Assembly: GCA_010093705.1 (NCBI GenBank)
Contig: MU006097.1
Location: 569,905 to 633,904 of the forward strand
DNA from: Patellaria atrata CBS 101060
Taxonomy: Eukaryota
Reading direction: 5' to 3'
Length of the DNA stretch: 64,000 bases
Part shown: positions 41,666 to 53,633 of the stretch, in pieces
Layout of the letters: each line of letters starts with the position of its first letter
Numbering within the stretch: the first letter of the stretch is position 1
Made by a program: the position numbers and the translations under genes
The notes under the pieces: generated by a model
Seen by the model: the letters and a program-made list of their open reading frames with translations, nothing else
The model's database searches: none
Told to the model about the DNA's origin: nothing

Positions 41666-44029
41666 TCAAGCGTACAATTTCCCAGGAGTAGGAGTTCGAA
41701 GGGGTCCGCTAGAGAAAGAACAATGTCCAACTTCACCATCTAAGGTCGGAACCTCTCCCCATCCAATTGAATTGGAGAGAGAATCTGAGCTCTTTTCCGG
41801 AGGATGGCATGCAGCCGCAATAGCGAAACTGCAGCTTCCTACGAGCGGCATCCCAGGCTTGTAACGCCTTCGGGAAGTCACAATGAGCGCGACGATCATC
41901 AATCCTCCAATGATAACAACAAAAATAATTGCAATCGGTGAGAAGCCACATGTTAATATCCGGTCGATTGGCACTTCGTGTGGATTGTATTTATCGATTT
42001 TAACGAGGAATAAGCTTTGAGAAACGAGCCAGTGCATGAGGCCGGATACCATGACAAAGGGGATTCCGTATCGGTAGGGGAGCTGAAGGGCATATGTTGA
42101 GCGTTGCGCGCCTTTCGGAGCGGAGACTCGAAGACCTTTACGCTCGTGAATAAACCCAGACCATTCTTCTGCGGCGAGCATGCAGGTGTAGAGACCGTTG
42201 TAAGTTAAATATATGAATGAAAAGATGGTCTGCGGTAAGTTGGCTAAGAGTACCACTCCAAGGAGAGAAGTAGGAAACGCGCGGTCATCAGTAGAAATCA
42301 TGGTCCCTGTAGAGACGCCTCCGAATCCTAAGTCCCAAAGAGATTTGATGTCCTTGGGACCAGCAGTGGCTTTGATGGACCAGCCGAGCATCCAGACACA
42401 TACAATGAAGGCAATGAATGTTCTGTAGGAATGTTAGTCAGGTTCATTTTGCGAACATGAGATACTCACAATACTAATGTCGTATACCATCGTTTGCGGC
42501 TAATAGCCGCTATCCAGTGCTTCACTGGCGTCTCATATGGCCGTGGTGTTTCTTCCTTTCCGACCTCTGTTTGGTACGTGTCAATGCTGGTTTTTGTAGC
42601 TAAGCATATTCCTCTGGTATTATCGTCGGGACGCTCCATGAAAGAAGCCACGGCATCTCCAAGAGTGAGCAAAGGAGAGTCTTCCAAACTGCCGAAGGAA
42701 TAAACGGACGCTACCATCGCTGCTGCTTTTATCAGATTACATATAATGACGATCGATAGTATGCCGATATGAAATTGGACGGTGCACTTCTCTTCGACAG
42801 GCTCGCTGAGACAATATTCCACTGTCGTTGTCGCAGGTGCCCACTTTTCGGGATGAGCTAGGAGAGCATTCATTTCCGCTTTCGAACAAGACTCCTTATC
42901 CATTTCCTGATCAGATGTGATTCTATTCCCATAGCACACCCAGAGAGAGTCTGATACGGATGCCACATCCATGAAAAACAACGAATATCCATCAATGAAA
43001 CCTGGATATGAACCATTCTGAAAGTACCATGGCTCTCCGGTACCATTGATTCCATTCTTCGTATTACCAACCATTATAACAGCTTTCCGGGAGGTTATGA
43101 ATTCTTTACTAAATTCTTTGATGCAGTTTTCGTTGTCTAGAACGTCCAGTCGCCCGGTACTGAATTTTGTTTGAAGCCTTTTGATGTAATCCCACCCATA
43201 TGAGGGTTCATCATAGTAGGTATCGTAATATGTTGCCCACCAATCCTGGTAGACCGGACAATCACGTAAGGTGTCATTGTTCCAGTTCGGTTCGCCACAG
43301 AACGGATCTCTATTGTTCAAGAACTTTTCATCAACTTCTAAAAGGCTCGTTGCATAAGCAGATGTTGAAACAAATATGGCAGAGTTATATCTATGAATAA
43401 ATATTAGACGGCTAGCTAACTGAGAGATGCGATTTACTCACAAAAGATGTAGAGGTACAGACGAGATCCCCAGAGCCCACCAGAGCAACTTTCTTCTGCG
43501 ATTAACATACATCAGATTCCTTACGCTGGGTATTCCTATATCCATCCATTGGCCTTTTGCATGGGATATATCAATGTCTCCTCTTGTCGGGGCGGAAAGG
43601 CATTGCATACAGTAATTGCTACCACTGAGCAATATACTGCTTAAAGCATTTATTGCTAAATGCATCCATAGACTTGTGTTCTTCGTCTGATCGCAACTTC
43701 CTTGGTATAGAGTCCCAATACCATTGGAAATGTTGTACCTTGTTCCGGCAAAGATCGTGAAGCCAAGGTTGAGGAGCATCGAGATTATAGCGCACGTTGC
43801 GAATGCGATAGTTCCACTCTTCCATCCTGAGAAGCTCCTATCTAGGTACTGATCAAATCTAATAAACGGATTTCTCGATCGTTTAGACTCGGATGTAGGT
43901 TGAGGGTAACTAGGGATAGATGAGTAGACCTTCGAAAGTATATACAGCGCAATTCCATGCAACCAACCTCCAGTCACCATCCGTATCTGATCGGACGGCC
44001 TCATACTTCTTCCTCTTATGCTTATACAT
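41666..44029 (-). CDS. Multi-pass fungal membrane protein (DUF6536-like)
   Basis: LHLAINALSSILLSGSNYCMQCLSAPTRGDID..GQWMDIGIPSVRN, PLLTLGDAVASF, LANLPQ, GAQRSTYALQLPYRYGIP, SCSFAIAAACHP. Exons match ORFs 43438-44040, 42466-43320 and 41666-42391; start inferred via a short first exon. Confidence 0.8.
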
Positions 44030-45424
44030 GATATCTTCACGCTTTATATCCAGTCGTAAGTTTTTATCTCGTATTGAGGGTAGTGAGCTTCAATGACACG
44101 CGAAACGAATACTCCATGAGAGAATGATGAAAATGTTTAGATTCAAAGTGAAGGAAGGAAACGACATCATAAAAGTACCTTAAATTCCATCCATACTGGG
44201 ATACGGTTCCTTCATGTGTTAAGACCGATGGTGCTAGGGTGTATCAGTATGAATAAGTGGCTGTGCCATACTTCAAATATTGTTGGCGCTAGGTAACCTT
44301 ACAGTCTTAAAACGTCGGTGATTTACATGTTGATCTGAGAGATCCTAAATGGGGCCAAAATCGACCAATAAACTGTCATATAAATGCGGCTTATTCCCAT
44401 CTTCTATATCAGGCACATACACTTGGCGACTGGAAACTCGCTTTATAATATCCCAAACTGGCGGTGCTCGAGCTGGGTCGTGGGCTTTTAGTTCTACGCC
44501 ACAGCGCGTCACGGGGAGGGGATTCATCGTGGTGCTTCTGTTATCGAGACCGTACCTTTACACGAAATAGATGAGATGTTGAAATGGTTGGCCCTATCTT
44601 TCTTCTAATATGTGCTTCGCGCAAATATTCCAGTTATTTAGGGCTGTTTTCATCACCAAGAACTAAGGTAGTTCTACGGAGGTACGTCAAGGTAGTTCCA
44701 GCTCAAATGGCTCGTAGAAATACCGCTGGATAAGGTAGACTCCAGGGGCGAAACAATTTTATCGTTGCTAAACGAACTGCCTTTTAGATCTATCAACAAT
44801 GAATCAATTATCTGGGAACCGACCAGAGCCATAACAACCACCAGTGGGTAATCTCTGTGCCGCAAACTGTGTGGCAAAGGTCACGACGCCCAGCTTTGGG
44901 GATGAGAGTCTTTACCAGTTGATGAACTCAATATCACTCGTAGCATTGACCTATCGAAGAGTTCAAGTTTGCATCAACCATGTCCACAGCCCTATCATGC
45001 AAGATGTCCTTTCGCAACAGTTTCATCAAATAAAGAGCCCTCAAATGTATCTTTGGATTATGTCTGTGACCTACTTGCAGAGGGCCCTAGTATTAAACCA
45101 TCAAATAGATTATGAACTCTTGATGGGGGCGATTCGGTAATTCGTCAGCGCACTCATACTCTTTCCAATTGGCATCAATCAAGAACACGCATGAGCAAGA
45201 GCTTGGAACATCGAGCCTCGGAAGATGAAGTGGTAGTGATCCACTCAACGGGCGTCTCCTTCGACGTCGTCGTACACTCATGTACTAAATGCAGAGTTCA
45301 GCTCGTGCTTAGCTTTGATCCCAGCCCTAGACCGCTTGCCGGCCATGTATAATTTGTGAACCAAGGGGCCTGAGAAAATTGGTTTCTAGTTTCCACATGG
45401 TTTTCTCGAAACTCCCTCGCCGTC

Positions 45425-46237
45425 ATGGCACATCTCCACCACCAGCACCGGCGCAACTCTATCCCTCTTATAGATATAAATCAGGGTCGACCCAAGGCAA
45501 AGGCAAATGAATACGGACATATGATACTGGATGGGTCTTCTAGAAATATATTAGGGTTTGTAATCTTCATGACTGTCGACTATCTTGCTAACTTCACGTT
45601 AAGGGATATTCATCACTACACCAGTAATATAGGAATGAAAATGGATTGTCAGCACATTGTAATTATTGTTGCTATAATCGCATTTGTTATTGTCCTCGCC
45701 ATTGTTCTTGTCGCTCTAGCAGTCACTGGACATTTGAACAACAAGGCATCCCCGGCTCTGCCTCTCACCCTTTCTCAAGAATTACGGCAGACAACTCCCT
45801 GGGGATCTTCTGCAACAACGACATCAAGCGAAGGAATATCAGGGGACCCGTTATCTTCTACCAGTATACAAAAATCTCTTTCATCAACAGTGTCCAAGAC
45901 GCTACAAGAAATGCCCGTACGCACCATAAGTTCATCAACCATCACTAAAACATTAGACCCTGAGTCCGAAGCTTCACTGGAATCAGAACCGCCGGAACCT
46001 TCATCGCACACTTCACAGCCTCCTATGTCCACCAGCATTTTTGGTGTTACGGCACCTGTAATGAGTTATTCAAAAGATGGCACCTATAGTTATTGTACAC
46101 CATGGTCTGGCCTTGCTTGCCCTGGAATGAAGTGCAATGCTAATACCTGCGAAGACCCATGGATGTGCGTCGATGGACGGTGCTGTACAACTTCGTGTAA
46201 TAGGGGCACCACAACGAATCTCGATCCTAGATGGTGA
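45425..46237 (+). CDS. Putative type II single-pass receptor-like protein: N-terminal HET-s-like amyloid R0 motif, TM helix, Ser/Thr stalk, Cys-rich C-terminal module
   Basis: No signal peptide. In-frame 48-nt intron 45556-45603 (GTTTGT..GCTAAC..AAG) gives NEYGHMILDGSSRNILG|DIHHY. Hydrophobic IVIIVAIIAFVIVLAIVLVALAV (~45656-45725), then an S/T/P-rich region, and 8 Cys in the last ~50 aa. Confidence 0.75.
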   Translation: MAHLHHQHRRNSIPLIDINQGRPKAKANEYGHMILDGSSRNILGFVIFMTVDYLANFTLRDIHHYTSNIGMKMDCQHIVIIVAIIAFVIVLAIVLVALAVTGHLNNKASPALPLTLSQELRQTTPWGSSATTTSSEGISGDPLSSTSIQKSLSSTVSKTLQEMPVRTISSSTITKTLDPESEASLESEPPEPSSHTSQPPMSTSIFGVTAPVMSYSKDGTYSYCTPWSGLACPGMKCNANTCEDPWMCVDGRCCTTSCNRGTTTNLDPRW

Positions 46238-46918
46238 AACCACGGACAGCGAATTGAAGTTTACTCAGATACAAGATGAACTTAAATGTGTCTTGAGAAT
46301 ATTTTGATACGCTTTAAATCAGTGCTTTACTATATATAGACATATGATGCTCTTTACCAAAAGCAGCGAGGTTTGTGCTTCGATAACTAGAAATTAGCCC
46401 TTTTTCTCATTTGTTGCAAAGGCGTCAAGGCTTTACCCTTTGCTTTCCACGGAGTACGTTACCTACATTTAAACATCTTCCTGTACGCGCCCCCAGATGA
46501 TTGCATATAACCGCTTAGATTTTTACAGGTAACAGCTCTCCGAATCTCAGCTCTTGGCCGCAACTGATGGGGCTTGATTACAATATATATGCTAATTTCA
46601 TCATATACTCAGAGCGAATCATTCATGAGCGTAAAATTCATATGTAACTGTGGCTGTAAACTGTATTACCCAAGGCAGATAAGACAGTAGGGCAATGTTT
46701 CATCCCATCCACTCTCACCGCCCGGAACTGGTGGTAGACCGCCAGTATCATAGGTTGGGCTTAGTAGTTCCGCCTCAGTCTGTTTTCATACGATTCCAAC
46801 GATAGGATTACCTATATACGGTCAGTTTTTGTGACCGCAAAATACCTCTCTTATCCTCTTCCAAACCCCCATTACCCCTCGACTGCGGATTAGTTCACTT
46901 TGTCCAGTTCGTCTCACC

Positions 46919-47964
46919 ATGTCCGGCCTCGAAGTTATGGGCGCTGTGGGCAGCGCAGGACAGATTCTTCACCTGACTACCTACCTGTACACCACTATCC
47001 GAGATCTATACAACGGCGCTCAGAGCCAACGCTTCGCTCACCATGCAGATAGCATCAAAGAAATCAAAGACGTTGCTAAGTTAATCACGGATACACCCTC
47101 TCTCTGCAAGCCGCACAACTCGCACGAGCTCGAAAAGATACTAGGTGGAGTTCTCTATTCAGTGGTCAGGGTGGAAAGGAAAGTGAATAAAGCGTTGGTA
47201 GAGGTAACTGCGAAGTCAAAGAAGCGGTACTTCAAAGCGGTCTGGTCATCGGATCGTGAAACCAGCATTCTGAAGGAACTTACACACCTTGAGAAGAAGA
47301 AGACTACGCTCGTACTTTGCATCTTGACGTCTATTGGATGTGCGGTTGTAAATACTGAAGCTTCGGTTGAGGACCTTAAGGAAATGTTACGAGGGACAAC
47401 TTCTGCGAGGTTCAGGGCAGCTCATCCGGATAACTTAGATCCAGTAGCGAATGCAGTAACTCTGAACAGAAACCAGGTAGGCGATTGTAACCCCACCCCC
47501 TTTTATAATAGACCAGTACTCTGAACCCACCGTAGGGCATTATGATCCAGGTCGAGAGTGATCCCAGCACTATGGAATCCACTCTAAGCACGTCGTCCAG
47601 TCACTCAAATATCTCTCACGGCCAGGTCCAGTTTCAACAGATGCAAGTCTGTTCTAGTACGACTCGGCCAGTGGAGGACGCCAGACATGGGAAAGTAAGC
47701 GGGATCAATGAGACAACCCGTCTCGACGAAAGAGATGATGATGACCACAGAAAAGACGGTAATTCCTACAGAAATCTGAAGCAGTGTGACGAATCTATCC
47801 AGGTGATAGGGAACGTGGGCGGAAGGGGCACAGGAGTTGCGGTTCCCCGTCACACATACCAAAATATCAAATCCGGTGGTCAGAGCAGAACAATCCTTGG
47901 TAATGCTTCTGAGAGTGCGGTTAGAGATCTCTGGGCAGCGTATCCCGTATTGATGCGGAAATAA
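46919..47964 (+). CDS. HeLo-like/SesA-like effector with C-terminal two-repeat HET-s-related amyloid motif (HRAM), ~328 aa
   Basis: N-terminus MSGLEVMGAVGSAGQIL...LTHLEKKKTTLVLCI is typical of HeLo-like/SesA helical domains; intron 47477-47535. C-terminal repeats NSYRNLKQCDESIQVIGN and HTYQNIKSGGQSRTILGN align with HET-s R1/R2 and are followed by a Trp. Confidence 0.8.
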
Positions 47965-48944
47965 TGTCACCTCTTCGGTTGCGGTTGGCATTCCTCAGTC
48001 ACTGTACGCTTGCACAACACCTACAAGCGGACTTTAATTCAACGATATAGTGTACCTCGATCATCTGCCCGCTTAAGTGTTTCGTACGGTTGGGCATTAC
48101 TTGTACGTTTCCAGTTTGCCGTACAGGGGTGTTGGACTGCATCTTGAGAGCGAGCGTACAGTATGCAAAGAATACGAGATACGGGGAAGATATCTGCTAT
48201 GTCGTTCTCAATCTTTATAATTTTTCGGCGGTGGTTTTTTGATGTTATATTCGTCTGCAATATCGTTCTGAAATGGGTCTCCACGGCCTCCAACCATATA
48301 AGTACCTCTTCGATTGATCCTAATAAAGTACCTTAGCTGGATTCAGGTCAAAGAACAGCGTCATGCATTACCATAACCCGGTGACCGTACTCGCTTCAAG
48401 GGCTAACAACATCATGAAATAGGGTTATTCTTTGTATCTCTTACATTCCAAGTAATGAACTCATATCTTTAGGTTCACACAGATATGACACGTCGTGCAA
48501 CGTACTCAACTATAATTCACTGTCGTGTTCTTCCGGCCGTAAGATAATTAGATCCGATAGCGCCAGCCAAGAGCGGGAGCGGGAAGTTTTAGGGGCGGAA
48601 CGGGAGGATATCACTCCGTTCGATTATAGAGTTCGTCCGAAATGCATTATGCTATATGTAGTAGGGAAAGAAGAGTTGAAAGGTATAAAGAAGAGGGTGG
48701 AGTGAATCAGGGGCAGATGGATAAACCATAATCTTGCAGTATTTTAGCTATTGGGCAGCCTTCTAAAACACAAATCAACATAATGTTTCAACTGAACTGG
48801 AATATACAAAAAGATCCCTCATAACTATTGGCACAAGCGTGACCATAACCTTTCTGGGTACATCACTGGTACAGTAAGCATTTCCGCCCTTTTATTCTGT
48901 CTCCCTCCACATTCTAACGAACACTATCATTTCTCCCACCATCG

Positions 48945-49439
48945 ATGTGTTGCAAATCTCCCGAAGCACTTACACGCAAATAAGCGCGTCTTGAGGCCCG
49001 TCTCACCCGAAGGATTGCTAGATACGACCTCAAACACGCTCCTCACATTGCCTCCTCACAGCCGCTCCCTTTCCCCGAACACTCATATCCCTACACTATT
49101 ACACAATCCGCTCAGACTCCTGACCCCTATCCCCAATTTCAGACTGGAAATCCTCGCTCAATCAACCTCGCGCGAGGTGGAGTTGGGAGCGGATGTTGTA
49201 AACGAAATAGGGCGCAGTGTAGAAGGGAGGAAAGAGGGTTGGTGAGGTGGTTGTTGGGGATGTGGATCATGAGGAATGAGGGAAACACTCAAAAATATTT
49301 GAATTCTGGGGACAGCTGGGTAGAGAGAACAGAAGAGAGAGATAGGCAGAGGGAAGAAAAGAGGAAGGCGACGAAGACGACAGATGATTTGCCGACATAT
49401 GAGGAATCAGAAGAACTGAAGGGAAGGAGAACAAACTAG
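48945..49439 (+). pseudogene. Small orphan ORF with a premature stop at codon 13
   Basis: MCCKSPEALTRK*ARLEARLTRR...GLVRWLLG...DDLPTYEES; single TAA at 48981-48983, otherwise open for 164 codons. Confidence 0.4.
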
Positions 49440-51306
49440 GAAATGATGACGAAGCGCTATAGAGGAGATAACCAGGGCACGATGTTGAAGTTTGAACATA
49501 GAAGGAAACAAAAAAGCTCTCCGATAAGCTAATTTAAATTCGAATGAACCCTCATTAGTATCAAGATAGTCAGCTCTGAAGAACGAAATGTAAAATAAAC
49601 TGCAATACCTCTTGCGACCTTGATCATTGAGCCAGAAACTTATCTTTCCTCTTCACTTCATTATTACCCTATCATCTACAGGTACACCTGTCACTTGCAC
49701 TACGATGCTGCAGGTGTCCCAATTAGAACTGTAGGACATTTTCTTACCACCCCATTTTCGTCGAATAAAACAGAAATATGTCATTACGGGCCGTGTATTC
49801 GCATACGATATCCAGAAGTTACTCACACTCTGAAGATAGAACTTAAGGGATACGCTCGTTACTACACAAGTCCTGTACAGCCCGAAGGATTTTGAAATCG
49901 TCTTACCGTGCTGTTTAATCTTATCCACATACCGCGGACTTACCAGCTTCCAACTTGACGGTTCAGTCACATCATATTCATTTTCTCTCTGTATCGTCTA
50001 TGGCAATAGGAGGCTAATGGTACTCGACAATAGGCATCTGACTCTTGCTAAGTAGACCGTGGACTTCGGATGAGTATGGAAACAATGGTACTAGTCCAAG
50101 TGTCGGCATAGTCGGTGAAAGAAACTGTTTTAAGACAGATCAGAGTCCTGCCAGATCATCTTTAATATAATTATATCTCACTTGATCATCACTAACCCAC
50201 ATCTCGTTGGCTACACTTGAGGTATCGATCTTCAAAACCCTACGCGACCGAGGAATAGACTTACCGCCGAGGATCGTCATGGCCTTCTCATGCGCGTTGC
50301 TCCCAGAGAGCAAGACATTGGGCAGCACGGCGTCGAATATGTCAATATGATGCTATTATCCAATTCTCGAGGGTTATGGGTGCAAAGTGATTGGTCCTCA
50401 ACGAGAATTCTCATTGCTCGAGCGAGGTGGTGGCTCTGAAAGATGGTTATGACCGCGGACAACGACCAAAATGAGCCGAAATCCGATGAGAAACAAGCAA
50501 CCTCTTGGTTTAGGGTAACATACAAAGACTTCACCGTCTAATAGGGAAGCTGAAAAGCGTAGAACTCAAGAAGAGGTTGCAAAAGAGCATGGCTCCCCTA
50601 TAGCAGGTGCCACGCGACGTTGACCCCATGGGGTATCCCCCGCAGCCAAGAGAAAACCTCGGCGTAGACGGTGCTTAGTCTTAGGTAAGCACTCCAACCA
50701 CCAGAACCAATATGAACCTCTATTCTACTCTCAACATCATCATGCGACCGCTTCATTATTGAACTGTACTGTCAGTTCATTTAGATTATCTATTCAAACT
50801 GCATATATTCCCAGTAGTGATGTCGTGAAGAAAGCTAGGTTGAATTCCCAGCATGTCTCCCTTCGCTCATTCCCGTCCATCTCTCAATCAATCTTCATCT
50901 CCTTTTTCATCAATCTTGATTCCGAGATCTCTTTGCTCTGCATAGACCGATTCCTGGTACTGTCTTTATCTTAATGTCATTATGGTTGGGGTTGACTAGC
51001 TCTCGGGTCAGCAGAAGCTTTGTCCACTCGATACCGCTTTCTCTTGATATTCAGTCGTCCTTTCCAGTACCTTCAACAGTACAACATGTACTCACCTCAG
51101 GATTTGACACCCCTGTTTCTATGCCTCACAACCAGCGAACCCTAGTATGGGCTCAACTGTCGATGCTACATATCTTTCCACGAGACCTCCCAAGAGTTAG
51201 ACCTGGTATCTCATCCCTACAAGAGCTGGGTGTCAATCATTATTTAATCCCCCATAATCTGCTCTCGAGGGATTTAGTTCAACAGTTTTAGATATTGATC
51301 CTGAGA

Positions 51307-53633
51307 ATGTGGATATCATCAATAGCTTGTTTAGTGGCGCTGACTAGCTTCAGCAATGCAGCCTCAACTTTCTCCCCTGCAAGACCACCAGCAATCCCAC
51401 TTGCTGTGAGGTCTCCCTACCTCAGTACATGGCTACCTGCGGGCCGTGACGCTGAGACTTCTGGGGAATTATCCGCTGGAGTCTGGCCTTCTTATTGGAC
51501 GTAAGTCCCCGAAGTTCCCTTCAACAGAGTAGTGTATTAATCCTTCTTACTAGTGGGGATGCAACAGCGTGGACTGGCTTTGTTCGAGTCGACGGTAGAA
51601 ATTACAGATGGATGGGTGGCGCTGATGGTGATGGGGCTACTCAGGTTGCCTTCAACTACACATCGACTCAGAGCATCTTTACCTTTCATGTCGGCGACGC
51701 AGTGGAGCTAACCGCAACCTTTCTTTCACCCTTGTATCCAAATGATTTCAAGCGACAATCACTCGTTTTCTCTTATCTTCATGTTGATGTCGCTTCCCTT
51801 GATGGGAACACACATGATGTTCAAGTTTATACAGACATCTCTGCCGGTCAGTCTCCTTAGTTTTTTCTTCAGTTTCTCAAGTGAACGGACATTGATACTT
51901 CTTTTAGAGTGGGTCTCAGGCGATCGTACATCGAAAGCAACTTGGGACTACGGGACCACTGGAGATGTCGCCTTCCATAAGATTTCAAAAGCTGCTCCGG
52001 TTTCTTTTGGTGAATCCAGAGACCAAGCGGAATGGGGCAATTGGTACTATGCCACAAATGCAGGCGATGCTACTACTTACCAGTCAGGTCCTGATGTTGA
52101 CGTTCGTGGGGCATTTACCGATGATGGGAAATTGAAGAACTCCAAAGACGAAGATTTTAGAGCAATCAATGATAGGTGGCCAGTCTTTGCCTTTGCTGTG
52201 GACCTTAGTTCTGTCGATAGTTCTGGAAGTTCTGCCCTCTTCTCAATTGGGTTGTGCCAGGAGCAAGCTGTGCAGTTCTCCAGTAGGAACGGATACGGTC
52301 CATCTCCCGCTTTGTGGAAGAGCTATTTCGAGGATGATCTTGCTGCATTATCGTTTTTCCACGGTGACTTCGAAACTGAGCTTCGGGATGCATCTACTTT
52401 CGATAGAAAAGTTGCAGATGATTCCATCCGTGCCGGTGGGGAAGATTATTTGACAATCACATCGTTAACTGCACGGCAGACCTTTGGAGCAACACAACTA
52501 ACGGGCACAGAAGACAAACCTTATCTATTCTTCAAAGAGATCAGCTCCAATGGTAATATGCAGACTGTAGATGTTGTCTTTCCATTTCATCCTTTCCTCC
52601 TTTACGCAAATCCTCAGTTACTGAAACTGACGCTGGAGCCTCACTACGAAATTCAGGAGTCAGGACAATATCCAAATAAATACGCTATGCACGATATCGG
52701 CACTCACTTTCCTAACGGTACTGGTCATTCTGACGGTGCTGACGAACCTATGCCTTTGGAAGAATGCGGCAACATGATCATCATGACGCTCGCTTACGCG
52801 CAGAGGGCAGACGACAACGATTATCTAGGGACCCATTATGATATTCTCAAACAGTGGGCGGAATATCTGATCGAAGACTCACTTTATCCTGCAGAACAAC
52901 TTTCAACCGATGACTTTGCTGGGCATCTCGCGTAAGTAGCGTTTGACTATTACTCCGTTCATGTCCTTACTATGGCTCAGGAATCAAACCAATCTTGCAT
53001 TGAAAGGGATGGTCGGGCTCGCTGCAATGTCGGACATAGCAGCACGTAGTGGACATGACGATGATGCTACCCGATACCTCGATACAGCCAAAGATTATCT
53101 CGCGCAATGGCAGGATATAGGGATTAACAAGGACGCTACTCCTACCCACACGGTCCTCAGTTACAATGACCGCGAGTCTTGGGGTGTGTTCTTAATGCGT
53201 CAGGTTATTTATAAATGACTAATCACTCTAGGCATCCTGTATAATCTGTATGCTGATAAGGAACTTGGACTGAACTTTGTTCCTCAAACGATCTATGACC
53301 AGCAGAGTAATTTCTATCCAACGGTGATGCGTGAGTATGGTGTACCTCTTGACACTCGCCACACGTACACGAAGAACGACTGGGAACTTTGGGCGGCCGC
53401 AGTAGCATCGGACGACACGAGGGGCATGTTCATCAGCAACCTGGCTGCTTGGATCGATGAGACTCCGTCGAATCAGCCCATGACAGATTTGCTTGAAACT
53501 GACACTGGAGCGTAAGTACTGTTCGTTATTCGTAGGGAAACCTTTAGCTGATGACTCTTTCTTTAGTCAACCTGGACTGCAGTTCAGAGCCAGGCCCGTG
53601 GTTGGGGGTGCGTTCGCTCTCCTCATACTCTAA
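51307..53633 (+). CDS. gtaA: Secreted glutaminase A (GtaA family)
   Basis: Signal peptide then STFSPARPPAIPLAVRSPYLSTW; KEISSNGNMQTVDV, MPLEECGNM, QLSTDDFAG, YGVPLDTRHTYTKNDWE, FRARPVVGGAFA; five introns. Confidence 0.92.

Noticed and set aside
49650..50590. Protein-like minus-strand fragments (e.g. IDIFDAVLPNVLLSG...)
   Set aside because: Cannot be joined into a coherent gene or assigned to a family; possibly an old remnant.
41000..51300. Canonical NLR (NACHT/NB-ARC + repeats) partner for the HRAM effector
   Set aside because: No P-loop NTPase or TPR/WD/ANK ORF near the effector; the only Walker A nearby belongs to Caf16. An unlinked NLR elsewhere in the genome cannot be excluded.
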